Below are positions 51,100 through 62,832 of a stretch of 64,000 nucleotides of DNA, piece after piece. The position numbers and the translations under genes are program-made. Under the pieces are notes generated by a model, which was given only the letters and a program-made list of their open reading frames with translations, had not been told where the DNA came from and did not search any database. How positions within the stretch are numbered: position 1 is the stretch's first letter; every line of letters begins with the position of its first letter. The DNA is from Chiloscyllium plagiosum (taxonomy: Eukaryota), in NCBI RefSeq assembly GCF_004010195.1, contig NC_057749.1, positions 12,031,282 through 12,095,281 on the forward strand. Reading direction: 5' to 3'.

Positions 51100-53875
51100 T
51101 GGGTTTATTAATGCTCAAGTTCTTGGGGAAAGTTGTTAAAAAATAACAAAACATTTGGATTTTGAAATTGGCTAGTGCTTTTTCCTTACCTCAACATAGT
51201 GGCCTTTGATTGCATGTGGTTTCTCATAGGCTTGAGTGCATTCTATTGTCAGTCTAGTCACTAATTGTCAGCAGGATACAGACCATTTTATAACAACACA
51301 GTACAGCCTGATTCTGTTCACATCTGACTTGTACCTGTACTTTACAACAAGGTCAGTGGCTGAAGAAACAAGGTCAGTGGCTGAAGAAGAGCAAGATGAT
51401 TGAATGAATTTTCCTCTTTATCCCCAAGCATTTGGGCCAATAGTAGTGGTTCAGTTGTTGCAGAGTGCATTAGCAATTCCCAATGTATAAGTTGATCCAA
51501 TTAACAAACCTAACTTAAAGCAATGAGACATTGCCAATTCTAGAACATGTAGAAAATAAACAGTTTAATGGAGGAAGTCAGAATAACAAGGGTTTTAATT
51601 TTCAGTGCAAGTCAGGTGATAAACATTTTGAACAATACAGATTACCATGATCAAACAAGATAAGGCATCTCCTATTGAATAGCTCATCCAATAATGGCAA
51701 CATTCACCTCAATCATAATTTATTTTAATACAGAATTTATATCAGAGATCAGGCCTTTGCACTAAATTTGGTAAACTTCAAAATGAGCTTCTAGGACTTC
51801 TCACCATTTGGATAATCGTAGGACGATCATATAAAGAAAAATAATCCAAGAACAATCAATCATAGTTAAACAAAACCTAAAACATTGTTCAATCTTTCAA
51901 ACAATCTTAGCAAGTTTCCTGAGCTCATTGGTTTTTGCCACAAGTTAAATGGTTTAATACTGACAGAAATGTTTGTCATTTGCAAACTAGTTTCTTCTTC
52001 TGAAAACAGACAAGTAAAAATAATGATGCATTTTCTCATCCCAACTAGCCAAGTACTTGTAAGGGTCTTGTAGTTTAAATTCTCTGCATCATTTCTCAAC
52101 CTTAAGTTCAAAGTAATCAGAAAATATTAAACAGTTAACGGTAAATGTATCTGTTTAAATTTCCATGGGAGCTTTCAATACTTTCCTTCCTCTCCCAGAA
52201 GGACAGGAGTTCCACATTCAGTCAGAGTCAGTTGCTACTCACTTCCCTCTTTCCTAAAAGTATTTTCCAACGCTCTTGGGAATCCAGTGGCTTGGGTGGG
52301 GGGGGGGGACATTCTGGTTTTCTGAAATTGGGAGAGCCAAATTAACAGTAAAGTTAAGAAAGAGTTCCCTGACGGTACACATGCAATCCACTCATATTTA
52401 TATTCTCCACTATTATGGTTACTGGAAAATTGAAATTAAAACCAAGTGTTGGAAATCCTTAACAGGCAAGACAGCATCTCTGGAAAGACAAACAGCGAGA
52501 TAAAAGATGTCTAAACTGCATTATTAACTGTTTCACTCTTCAAAAGATACACCAGACCTGCTCAGTTACCCCATCTCTTCATTTTTGCTTTTGTCATTGT
52601 GTGCATAGTACTAAGATTATTAAAGAGAATATTCCCATGAGCTTTATTTTCATATTAAAACAAAAAATGCAACATCATTGAAAATAAAAGCTGCATAGAA
52701 CTAGTCTATCTTATGTTATTAAAAGAAGGCTAGTAGACAATCCCATGCTTCTTGAGCGCTGTTGCAGTGTTAAGATACTAACCTCATCTGTCCATTTAAG
52801 GCCACTTCTAATATTCCCTGTTGGTGTGAAAAAATTCAGGCAGTTTCAACTGCTTGTAAATTTTTGATTTTAATCACAGGGCAAGTGTAACTGCCTGTAA
52901 AGTTCTGGGTTTGGGGCAGAAGAACCCAAAAAACTGGCTTTTTCCTCTTTTCAACAATTGCTTTGAGTTTGTGGCAAAATGTAATGTGATACCTGCAGTG
53001 GGACAAACAGATACATATATAAGATTAGAACGCATTCAGAATTATTGTTGGAAATAGCAAAGCAATGCCACTGCAAAGCGGTGCAAAAGATTTTTTACAG
53101 CTCAATAAACACTGAGGCCATGTTGAAACACTGGAGCAAGATTGAGAAAAACCCATTTCTTAAATAACGTTGCATGTTTACAAAATATCAAAATGTATGA
53201 AAGCCTGGGCCACTCCTTCAGTCCACTGGAGCTTATAAATACACATTACAAAGCTCTAACGTATGCTTCAAGTTAACAGTTTCTGCAATTAAATCATCTA
53301 TTAAAATGGCAAATGTGTTTTTTTAATAAAAAGCGCAAAATATTGCTTTTGCAGCACATTTGTGAAAATAATATAAAAATAATTTCTATATTACAATTTT
53401 TAACTTCTGCTTGTAAATTTCAGTCATAATGCATCTTCTAGTTCACAAACACAAATATACAGTTATTTTCTGCTCTATGTCACCATATCACTTTTACATT
53501 GGTAACTAATGTGCAAATTATCTCCTGGTGTTTACTTTGCTGTAGCGTAATTTAAAAAAAACATAGTTGTTGAAATATAATCAAATATTTGGTAACAGTC
53601 CATGGAGTAACAAAATGAAAAGGTCTCACATTACTCCAGGTTACTAAGTAAGAATTAAGGGTTGGAGTATCAATTCCGAACAGAAGTTGTAACGCGTTCG
53701 AATACATCTGACTGTAGTGCAACTCAAGGACTTTGAAAATGTAATGAACAGACTTTCCTTCATGGTATAAAGATCTATAAATGGATGCTCAACTTAAATT
53801 GCTTCTTCAAAACATTTGTAGTGATGGATTTGGTTAATATAGAGAAACTGGAATGACATTTTTCAGACAATTCAG
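51100..53875 (-). other. OTUD7A: Probable OTUD7A 3' UTR
   Basis: AT-rich, nearly repeat-free. Minus-strand AATAAA at 52643-52648 and 51104-51109. End is inferred. Confidence 0.45.
52435..52590. mobile_element. Old fold-back PLE-terminal remnant (family C-like)
   Basis: aacaggcaagacagcatctctgga ... agatacaccagacctgctcagtt, resembling 23641-23860. Confidence 0.45.
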
Positions 53876-55246
53876 TTAAATAGACCTGTTTCCTCTTTCC
53901 CTGCGCTGAAGCTCTTCTTTGTAACAGTAAGAGCAGTAAAATTCTGTCTCCGGACTGCCGTAGAAGGGGCAGTTGTGCTGTTTGCATCGGTTTTGTTGTA
54001 GGAAATAGGGAGGAGCCGCCATAATTCGCCCTTTGGTTTGCTCTCCACTTTGCCACACCGAGGAAACACCCTCGTCTGCATATTCCAAGTAGCCATTAAC
54101 ATCGCTTGGACCAAATCCATTGGTAAATGTGTGGCTTTTATGTTCAGGGGGCAGCAAATGCTTCAGAGGTTCCATGGTTTCTACAGTAGGAAATCTTGAA
54201 AGACCCACAGGACAGTAATTTTGATAAGACAGTGAGTGACTATGCTGCGGATATGTTGCGCATGTTTTCAGGGAGCCAATGACAGGTGGCTGAATGTCAA
54301 TTGGGCAGTTTGATGATGGAGGTTTAATCTCAGACACATGGATGACATGCCGCAACAAAGCTGGCGTGTGTGTAAAGTGGGCAGAGGTGAGTGTGCCGGT
54401 CTTAGGGATTTCATTTCTGAGGGGTGAATTGGTCTCTGTTGCTTGACCACTCCTTCTTTGTGTTTTTGAGTTCATCAAATCCATATGGCTTTGAGAAGAA
54501 CCTTGTAGAGTGTCCACCTGAGGATTTGGTTCCACCTTGCTTCTCTCAGATGGTTCATGTTCCATCTTTTTACATGTGGAGTTACTGGAAGCTTTTTTCT
54601 CTGCCTCTTTGCGTTTTTGCTCCTGCTCTGCATTGAAGCGTTCCTGAGCAGTAGACAAGTAATAATTAATCATTTCCTCGTGAAACTGATGCCTATGGCT
54701 AGTCAACAGAAGTCCAGCAAAAATGAACTTCCTCTCTCCTTGCATAGCAGCTCTCAATATGCTGAGGCTGAGTTTGACATCAGTGCTGTACTTGCACTGA
54801 TCAGCTGGTTTATCCGTTGGAACTTTAACAGAGGTAATATTTGACTTGTCAGTAGGTGATGAACTTGATTGCAATGACTCATCTTTACTCCCTTTATTAG
54901 ATTTATTGGATTCTTTTTTCTTGCCTTTCTCCACATTCTCCCCATTGCGCCCATTGCTTGAATTTCCTTTGCTGATTCTTCCATGTACTAATCCTCCGAA
55001 TCCTCCCATGTTCTTCTTTATTTTAGTCCCCAGGGTTTTACTAAAACTCCCGAGTTTGTTTGCAACAGAGTCTGTCCTGTTCTTTTCCTTCTTTTGTTTA
55101 TCTCCTTTATCTTTCTCTTTCTGGTTTTTGTGTCCATTCAGATTAGAGTTGCTGCAGATGGAGTCTCTGTCTGACTCGGAGTCAGACAGTGAATGGGCAT
55201 CTTCCCCTACTGAACCAGTTGGTGATTCTGGCTGGGCCAAAGGTGC
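53876..55246 (-). CDS. OTUD7A: OTU deubiquitinase 7A (Cezanne-2), last coding exon with A20-type zinc finger
   Basis: Acceptor AG at 55248-55247, phase 0. APLAQPESPT..DSVANKLGSFSKTLG..KYSTDVKLSLSILRAAMQGERKFIFAGLLLTSHRHQFHEEMI..RCKQHNCPFYGSPETEFYCSYCYKEEL..*. Confidence 0.95.
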   Translation of the reverse strand, partial: APLAQPESPTGSVGEDAHSLSDSESDRDSICSNSNLNGHKNQKEKDKGDKQKKEKNRTDSVANKLGSFSKTLGTKIKKNMGGFGGLVHGRISKGNSSNGRNGENVEKGKKKESNKSNKGSKDESLQSSSSPTDKSNITSVKVPTDKPADQCKYSTDVKLSLSILRAAMQGERKFIFAGLLLTSHRHQFHEEMINYYLSTAQERFNAEQEQKRKEAEKKASSNSTCKKMEHEPSERSKVEPNPQVDTLQGSSQSHMDLMNSKTQRRSGQATETNSPLRNEIPKTGTLTSAHFTHTPALLRHVIHVSEIKPPSSNCPIDIQPPVIGSLKTCATYPQHSHSLSYQNYCPVGLSRFPTVETMEPLKHLLPPEHKSHTFTNGFGPSDVNGYLEYADEGVSSVWQSGEQTKGRIMAAPPYFLQQNRCKQHNCPFYGSPETEFYCSYCYKEELQRRERGNRSI

Positions 55247-55997
55247 CTGTGAGTACAAACAATTCATAACTAGCCTAATAAAATTTATAGTATTATACAA
55301 AACTATTAGAATATAACAAAGTATTTTATATTAAAACCTGACTGCTGTAATAGTTTTGTCTTGCAGTATTATCCAGTGCCTCACCCAAATTACATGTAAG
55401 ACAATAAGCGGCATATGGAGGTTTGACCATAGACAGACTCAACCGTGAAACTCGGCATCTATACACAGACAGTCTAATAGAAACCAGTAGTGAATAATCA
55501 GCAGATAATTTCTTTCCTTTAGTCGAAGGGTTTTGAGACCAATTGTGAAATGCCAACCAAATATGTAGCGGAATTGAGCTAATTAAACACAAATAGGTCA
55601 ACTGAACCTGTGATCTTCCTATTTTGCATAGCTCATGTACTTCAAATCACATTGCTAACAGCAATAACATAAATTAAGTAGATTTAAAGCAAACAGCCTG
55701 GAAACCCCACTATGCAAGATGGCACAAATACCAAATACAAACATAGCAAGGTCTTTTTTTCATTTTTTGGAGCTATTAATTCACTCATAATAAATAGGAT
55801 AACACTACTATTGAAAACAGACATGGTTTTACAATTAATATACATGTTTTCACAATGGTATTGCTCAGGGAATTTGGAAAAAAATATGCATTTTTATAAT
55901 CTCTGTTGTATAGCATCATTGAAGTTATACTTTACAAGTCACATAAATCACAGCAGAAAATATTGCCCTTGCACTTTAAAAGCAGGAAATACTTTAC

Positions 55998-56082
55998 CCT
56001 AGTTTCAGCGGGAATACAGATCCAGGATACATTCATATAGTTATGCAGTAGGTGAAGTTTGGCTTCCAGGGAAAGGACTAAA
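55998..56082 (-). CDS. OTUD7A: OTUD7A penultimate coding exon (85 bp)
   Basis: ttttcttccag| T + [28 protein letters not shown] |gtaaag. Phases fit both neighbouring exons. Confidence 0.93.
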
Positions 56083-56249
56083 CTGGAAGAAAATAATGCA
56101 TGGTGACAAAACATCTACACATGGACAAAAGGTAAGGCACCAACTGTGATAACTCTAACAATCCAAATGTGAATTGACATTAGATCAAACTATTCAATTA
56201 TTACTCACTCAATTCGCGCAAGTCTTCAGAAAAAGACTGTGGTCAGCAG

Positions 56250-56605
56250 ACTGGCTTAATAGTTAGCACTGCTGCCTCTCAGAACTAGGGACAGAGGTTG
56301 GTTCCAGCCTCCGGTGACTGAGTGGAGTTTGCATGTTCTCCCCGTCTGCCTAGGTTTCTGCTAGGTGCTCTGGATTCCTCTCACAGTCCAATCATATGGT
56401 TAGGATTGACCATGCTAAATGCAGGTTTAGGGAGATAGGGTAGGACTGAAAAATGTGTTGCTGGAAAAGCGCAGCAAGTCAGGCAGCATCCAAGGAGCAG
56501 GAGAATCGACATTTCGGGCATAAGCCCTACTTCAAGGGTAGGGTCTGGGTCTGGCTGCAGACTAGATAGGCCAAATGGCCTCTTTCCGCACTGTAGAGAG
56601 TTTAT
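56250..56605 (+). mobile_element. Degenerate V-SINE in OTUD7A intron, with a PLE-terminal insertion
   Basis: gttagcactgctgcctc..gtggagtttgcatgttctccc..ggccaaatggcctctttcc. Confidence 0.75.
56445..56534 (-). mobile_element. 90-bp PLE-terminal element with mutated hammerhead
   Basis: TSD agggtagg (56437-56444, 56535-56542). Minus strand tgaagt-a-gggc-ttat-gccc-gaaatgtc. Confidence 0.82.
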
Positions 56606-56713
56606 GTTAAACGTGAAAAATTACTCTATGTAAAACAAAAGCTTTTGTTATTCTCAAGAAGGACAAAATAATATGTTCTAAAATTAAAAGCAAATTAAAT
56701 CAAAAGTACTCAC

Positions 56714-56828
56714 TTGGCCAACTTAGAGTTGTCATTGTCATCCTTTCCCCACTCCCAATCTTTCTTGGGATCCATTGCAAAGTGCAAAGGTAGCAGCTTG
56801 TGTTCAGAGTCGGTCAAGGGAATTGCAG
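56714..56828 (-). CDS. OTUD7A: OTUD7A coding exon (115 bp)
   Basis: ttgttatttag| CT + [37 protein letters not shown] + AA |gtgagt. Not in the ORF track; found by hand. Confidence 0.95.
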
Positions 56829-57324
56829 CTAAATAACAAAAAAATTAGGAGCAACAAATAGATAACATTGGCAATTAGTCTGTCTTTTCAGGTCGAGAAT
56901 AAAGACAGTTTTCTGAATGGAGAAATACATTTTCTTTGCAATCTTACTGAGAACCACTAAAATTAGAATTATGAAACTAGAATGTTTTTTGAATGCATTT
57001 TACCATATCTGTTAATGAGCACAATTTGATAGTGAAGGCACATAACTTGCTTCTGAATCTGCACCGAACACATGCAGTAGCTTCAAGATAGAGTTACCTG
57101 CAGAGCTGCACACCAATTTCTCAATCTAACATGAAGACATGGAGCAGAAGCCAAGCTTCTTTCAAAATTGAAATCATCACGGACAATGTCGGAAAATAGC
57201 ATTTGCAGAAACTTCTGAGAGACTCCAAATCCAATTATTAATTCATTAACAAAAAAATCAGTGCGTTAATTTCAATAGGCATACACCAAATAAAGTTGAG
57301 CACGACTTTTTTTACTTCCCCAAA

Positions 57325-57452
57325 AGTAGTATTAGGTGCATTAGTCATGGGGAAATGGATCTGAGTGGATTACTCTTCGGAGGGTCGGTGTGGACTTGTT
57401 GGGTCAAACGGCCTGTTTCCACACTAAGGAATTTAATTGAATCTAATCTAAA
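57325..57452 (+). mobile_element. V-SINE 3' fragment
   Basis: ggtcggtgtggacttgttggg..ggcctgtttccacactaag..aatctaatct. Confidence 0.75.
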
Positions 57453-57619
57453 GCCTGGCAACCAAATCAAATATCTGTGTAAATAAGAGAAGGCTCAATA
57501 TTCATTACAAGTCTGATTAACAACACAAAAACAAAAAGGCACAGTAACAAATAGAAAGCATATACTATAAATGCTAGAACCATGCAGCATGTTAGTCAAC
57601 TTATGTGGAGATAAAAGCA

Positions 57620-57920
57620 GCCTCGGGCTTGTGTGTGTAATTTACACATTATCCCTGTGTCGACGAGTTTCCTCCGGGTGCTCAGCTTTCCTCCCACATT
57701 CCACAGATATGCAGGTTAGGTGGATTGGTCATGCTGAAAACAAATGGCATCATAGTGTTCAGGGATGTGTGGGTTATGAGAGTTAGCCGTTGTAAAAAAT
57801 TAATGCAATGTTACAGGGATGGGGTGGATCTGGGTGGAATGCTCTTCGGGGTCGGTGCAGATTTGATGGGCCAATTGGCCTACTTTCTGCACTGTAGGGA
57901 TTTATGATTCTAACGATTCT
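57620..57920 (+). mobile_element. Degenerate V-SINE
   Basis: gtttcctccgggtgctcagctttcctcccaca..ttgatgggccaattggcc. Confidence 0.7.
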
Positions 57921-58144
57921 AACTAGATTGAGAAAAGAATCATACAAAATGTTGATCTGGCTATTTTCAAAATTCTGATCAGAAACATACTTTCAGCATC
58001 TTTGCTTGTGGTTTTAATTTTATCGTGTGTTACATTATGTTACCGACAATGAACCTCGTCAAGCAATTTGCAAGTTGAGCCTCTGGATCAGACCCCTCCA
58101 CTCTGTATGTGCCTGTATCAATGTAACTGCATAAAAGTACTCAA

Positions 58145-60850
58145 AGAAAACAAGCAGAATTTATACAACATCTTTTGCAACTCCAGATGTCACAACACAT
58201 TAAAAAACTAGCTCATTGCCTGTAAAGAAAAAATAGATTTTTAAATACTACAACAAATACAAAACAATGCAATTCAAAACAGTACAAAAATAGTACAAAA
58301 CTAAACCCAAATAATAAAAAAAATCTCCAACCCACTCTCCTATACAAATGTATAAACATATATAGAGAAGTATAAAATTTTAAAAAAACCTAAACTAGCT
58401 ATTGAACTAAATAAATAAATACCTAACAACAAACAAATAAATAGTAATAACTCAGCCCAGCCAAACAAAACACTCATACATTCACAGTTCCTCCTCCCTG
58501 GATATTGGACTCATGAAACACAATCGTTACGACTTTATAAAAGCCCTTGTTAGTGTGGCAGATAAATCTGTGTCCAGGTATTTCAAAAAGGGTTGCCATG
58601 TCTTGTAAAAATTCTCAGTTTTGTGGTGTACCATATTTGTGAGAAAATCCAGGGAAATATGCTCCATAACAATCTTCCGCCAACCCGACAGGCCTGGGGG
58701 GTTTTCGGATATCCAACCTAGCAAGATATTCTTCCTTGCACAGAATGTAAGAATGTTGAAAAGTTTTGCCTTATGCGCGTCTGCAGGAAATACAATGGTA
58801 GGCCCAAAAGGAGCGAAATAGGGTCCTTCCCCACCCCTACACCTAAAATCCTCTCCACTGCACCCACCACAGCGCTCCAATAGGTTTGAAGCCTGTCACA
58901 AGACCAAAGACAATGGTTAAGAGTGCCCATGCAGATTTGGGATATGCTGAAGATATTTAAATTTTAACAAACGGTCTGGGGCTAAGTGGACCCTGAGGAG
59001 AATCTTCAACTGTAAAGCATGGGTCCTATTGCAAATTGATATCTTCCTTGCATTCTCCCAAATATCCTCCCATGCCTCTGAAGAAACTTCAACGCCCAAC
59101 TCTCTCTCGCACATCTTGCAGAGTCGATCAGACTCATCTGAGGTGGGACCCCCCAATTGGTGATATAAAGTACTGACAGAGAGTGTACTCTTAGCCCTTA
59201 ATACCCCTCTTTCTATGTCAGATTGTAGGGATCAGTCAAAAGTGTGGTCTTTTTTTGAATAAAATCCCTAACTTGAAAAAAACAAAAGAGGTCTCTATTA
59301 GATAACTCGTACTTCCGTACTAACTGATTGAAGGACATCATTACGTTTCCCTCAAATAAATCACTCATGCAAGTATTACTCCGAGCTGCCCGACGTTTAA
59401 ATCCTGAATCTATCATACACGGTTGAAAACCCGGCATACCCACTAAAGGTGTAAACAAAGATGTTTTGCCAATATTACCTTCCCTCTGCCAAATTGCCCT
59501 CCTTGCTTTAACAGTATTGATGACTATTGGATTATGGCAATATTCCCCAACTATCCTCACCTTGTCCAAAAACAGCAAACTGGTAAGGGGGCACCTTGCC
59601 TGGGAGGATTCGATATCTAGCCATACTGAAAGAGGGTCCCCACAAACCCAATCATTCACGTAGGTCAAAAGCGAGCTTAATTGGTAATTTTTAATGCCCG
59701 GAAGGTCTACTCCCCCCAATTTGTGAGGCAACTGCAGTTTGGCTAATTTAATGAAGGGCCGTTTACGGTGCCAGATAAAGGAGCTGAACCAACCATTCAG
59801 TCTCCTGAGTGTTTGTTTATTGAAAATCAGGGGGAGCATCCGTATAGGGTATAGCAAACGAGGGAGAATATTCATCTTAATAAGCACTATCCGACCCAAC
59901 CACTAGACTGGAAGTGCCTCCCATCTTTGGAGATCTTGTTTAATTATTTCAAATAATTGAGTAAAATTGGCTTTGAACAGGCAAACCAGAACTGGAGTAA
60001 TGAATATGCCCAAATACACAAAACTCCCCTGTGACCACCTAAATGGGAATCTATAGTCACTCTCAAGAGGCAACTCTTTCGTAAGACCTACCCATAGGCA
60101 TAGCCTCTGATTTAGCAAAATTAATATTATACCCTGAAAAAGCACCAAACGCGTGAATGCATTGTATCAGGCAAGGCACTGAGACTGCTGGATTCGTCAA
60201 GAAAATTAGAACATCGTCTGCATACAGCGAGATCTTATGTAATTTTGACCCCACTTCTGGAGCTGATATATTGAGATCCCCACAAACGTCCTCTGCCAAC
60301 AGTTCAATCACCAACGTAAAAAGTAATGGTGAAAGGGGACAGCCCTGCCGGCTGCCCCTAGAAATATTAAAATTGCTTGATTGTACCCCATTGGTAATGA
60401 CTGCCGCGAGAGGTACACTGTAGAGAATCTTTACCCATCTTATGAAAACTTTGCCCAGACCAAACCGGTCTAGAGGTTCCCAGACCTTTCCCTAATCACT
60501 GTAATGATTTGTGCGGCACTTCTCTTTCTGGCAAGGTATGCTAAGAATGAGCTAGTTTTGAAGTACCGAGATAGTTAAAATGCCTGAAACATGGCTTCCA
60601 ATTTGTCTCACAAATACAATATAACGCTGAGCAGATAATTTGTTTTTAAGTAGTGTTAATTGAGGAATTAATATTGTGTCAGGCCATTGGAAAGAGCTCC
60701 ATGACTCTTCTTGGAATAGTCCCATGTGCTATTTTCCAGGGCAGATAAGACCTTAGTTTAAATCATTCCACCAGGCAATACATTTGATAGTACAGGTACA
60801 ACACTCTTGAGTCCCACATTGGAGTGTCCTCAATTCCCTGCTGTGGGGCA
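58145..60850 (-). mobile_element. DeuSINE split by an L1 (head/core about 60546-60850, tail about 58145-58205)
   Basis: Minus strand ..aaactaaggtcttatctgccc..actattccaagaagag..aaacaaattatctgctca.. and tail gacatctggagttgcaaaagatgttgtataaat. Confidence 0.55.
58225..60475 (-). mobile_element. L1-clade LINE, 5'-truncated ORF2 (RT YADD to CCHC region), frameshifted
   Basis: GCPLSPLLF, KISLYADDVLIFL, FVYLGIFIT, GRIVLIKMNILPRLLYP, GTLNHCLWSC. Confidence 0.92.
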
Positions 60851-61362
60851 TGAACCCATGACGTTCTGATGTCGTGACAAGAATACCACCTACTGAAGAA
60901 GCCTGACACCTTGGTACATTCTGAAATACTGAATAAATACACAGACAGTACTTTGAGGAAGGTCCAGTGCCATATGGTGATAACAGCACATGCACAGTTG
61001 AAATGTTCCTCATTTAGACTGCAAGGCCTCAGACAACCACACATCACTTTTTATAAAATCTTTTGTTAAATTGGCAATCACTTGTCAATGGATATGATTG
61101 TCCGCCTACGAAATTCCATGTCATTGGTCATAGGTTCTGTGGATGATGAGCCCGATCCTGTGGCTACATTTCCATCCACACATTTGCAGGTGTTTTTGGA
61201 AGGTTGAAGTGCTTTTGGCTTTAAGATCGACATTCATTTTTCCAGTCCCTTTTCCGTACTTCCACTTGCTGACAGGATTTGGAGATGTCTGTGTTGGACT
61301 GGAGTGTATAAAGTTAAAAATCATACAATATCAGGTTATAGTTGAACAGGTTTACTTGGAAG

Positions 61363-61397
61363 CACTAGCTTTCGGAGCGCTGCTCCTTCATCAGGTG
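61363..61397 (-). ncRNA. Minimal hammerhead ribozyme motif (family B), intact
   Basis: CAC-CTGATGA-A-GGAGC-AGC-GCTCC-GAA-AGCT-A-GTG: helix I CAC/GTG, 5-bp helix II, palindrome AGCT. Confidence 0.85.
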
Positions 61398-61774
61398 GTT
61401 ATGGAGTATAAGATTGTAAGACACAGAATTTATAGCAAAAGTTTAGTGTGATGCAACTGAAATATATTGAAAAAGATCTGGATTGTTTGTTAAGTCTCTC
61501 ACCTTTTAGAGTGACCATGTCAGTTTTAGTTCTTTCATATGTAAATCACAAAGTTTTTTTAAAAGTTACATTCTCAAGTGAACTTTAACACTTAGTGTCA
61601 TGTTGGCCCAGACAATGCACTGAAGGTGTTAGCTCCCTGTCTGAGGCTGTCTGTGCCACAATGGTCAGACTGATTCTAAACTAAAAAACGGATTTACAGA
61701 ATCTTACATGGATTCATGCAGTTTTTGAGCAAAGTAAGATGTAATTCTGCAAGTACAAATTCACTCCAAAACAT

Positions 61775-61776
<2 letters not shown>

Positions 61777-61819
<43 letters not shown>

Positions 61820-61826
61820 CGCGCGC
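61777..61826. repeat. (GT)17(GC)8 microsatellite
   Basis: Read directly from the sequence. Confidence 0.95.
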
Positions 61827-62486
61827 GGGAGGGGAATAGGAGTGTCTGTGAGAGTGTGTGCGTGTGTAAAGGGGTGTAAGTCTGTGAGAGGGTGTGCGTG
61901 GGAATGTATGTATGTGTGAGCGTATGAGAAACATTCTACATGAGTGTCTGTGTCTGTTGGAGAGCAAGGATGTGTGTGTGTGTAGGTAGAAGTGTCTGTG
62001 TCTATAGACAGACAGACACTCACACATACAGTGTACACTGCCACAGACACCCTCTCACAGACTTATACCCCTTTACACTCACACACTCATAACCACCTCC
62101 CCCTGTCCCACGCACACACCCACATGCACATATACATATTTAAGTTTGTGGGGTGAATTTGTATTTTAAGAACTAAATTTTACTTTGCTGAAAAACCGCA
62201 TGAATCCATGTAAGATTCTATACATTTTTTGGATGAGAATCAGTCTGACAATTGGTGGCACAGACAAGCTCACACAGGGAAACTCACACCTTTAATACAT
62301 TATCTGGGCCGACATGACACCAATTGTTAAAGTTCACTTGAAAATGTAACTTCTAAAAAAGACATTTTGCAATTTACATATTAAAGAACTGAAACCGACA
62401 TGATCATTCTAAAAGATGAGAGACTTAACAAACAACCCAGGTCTTTTTCAATATATAATTTCAGTTACATCACACTATAAACTTTT

Positions 62487-62798
62487 GCGGCACAGTGGCT
62501 CAGTGGTTAGCACTGCTGCCTTGCAGCGCCAGGGACACCGGTTCGATTCCAGCCTCGGGCGACTGTTTGCGTGGAGTTTGCATGTTTACCCTGTGCCTGC
62601 GTGGGTTTCCTCCAGGTGCTCCAGTTTCCTCCCACAGTCCAAAGATGTGTTGGTCAGGTGAATTGGCCATGCTAAATTGTCCATAGTGATAAGTGCATTA
62701 GTAGGCAGTAGGTGCGTGGGTTACTCTGAGGGTTGGTGTAGACTTGTTGGGCCAAAGGGCCTGTTTCCGCACTATAGGAAACTAGTCTAATCTAAAAA
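62487..62798 (+). mobile_element. HE1-type V-SINE inserted in the right arm of the fold-back element
   Basis: gcggcacagtggctcagtggttagcactgctgcc..gtggagtttgcatg..gggccaaagggcctgtttcc. Confidence 0.88.
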
Positions 62799-62832
62799 AA
62801 CCTCCGAGTCTTATAGTCTTATTCTCCACAGC

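Noticed and set aside
51347..51388. 21-bp direct repeat acaaggtcagtggctgaagaa x2
   Set aside because: Simple local tandem duplication with no further structure.
55247..55300. ATG start of the 474-aa ORF as a single-exon gene
   Set aside because: The N-terminal 18 codons are intronic read-through. A canonical acceptor precedes APLAQ and upstream exons splice in frame.
54846..55316. 156-aa plus-strand ORF (and 54424, 54557)
   Set aside because: Antisense shadow of the OTUD7A exon with no independent evidence.
61694..62050. His/Thr- and Val/Cys-rich ORFs
   Set aside because: Translations of (CA)n/(GT)n microsatellite.
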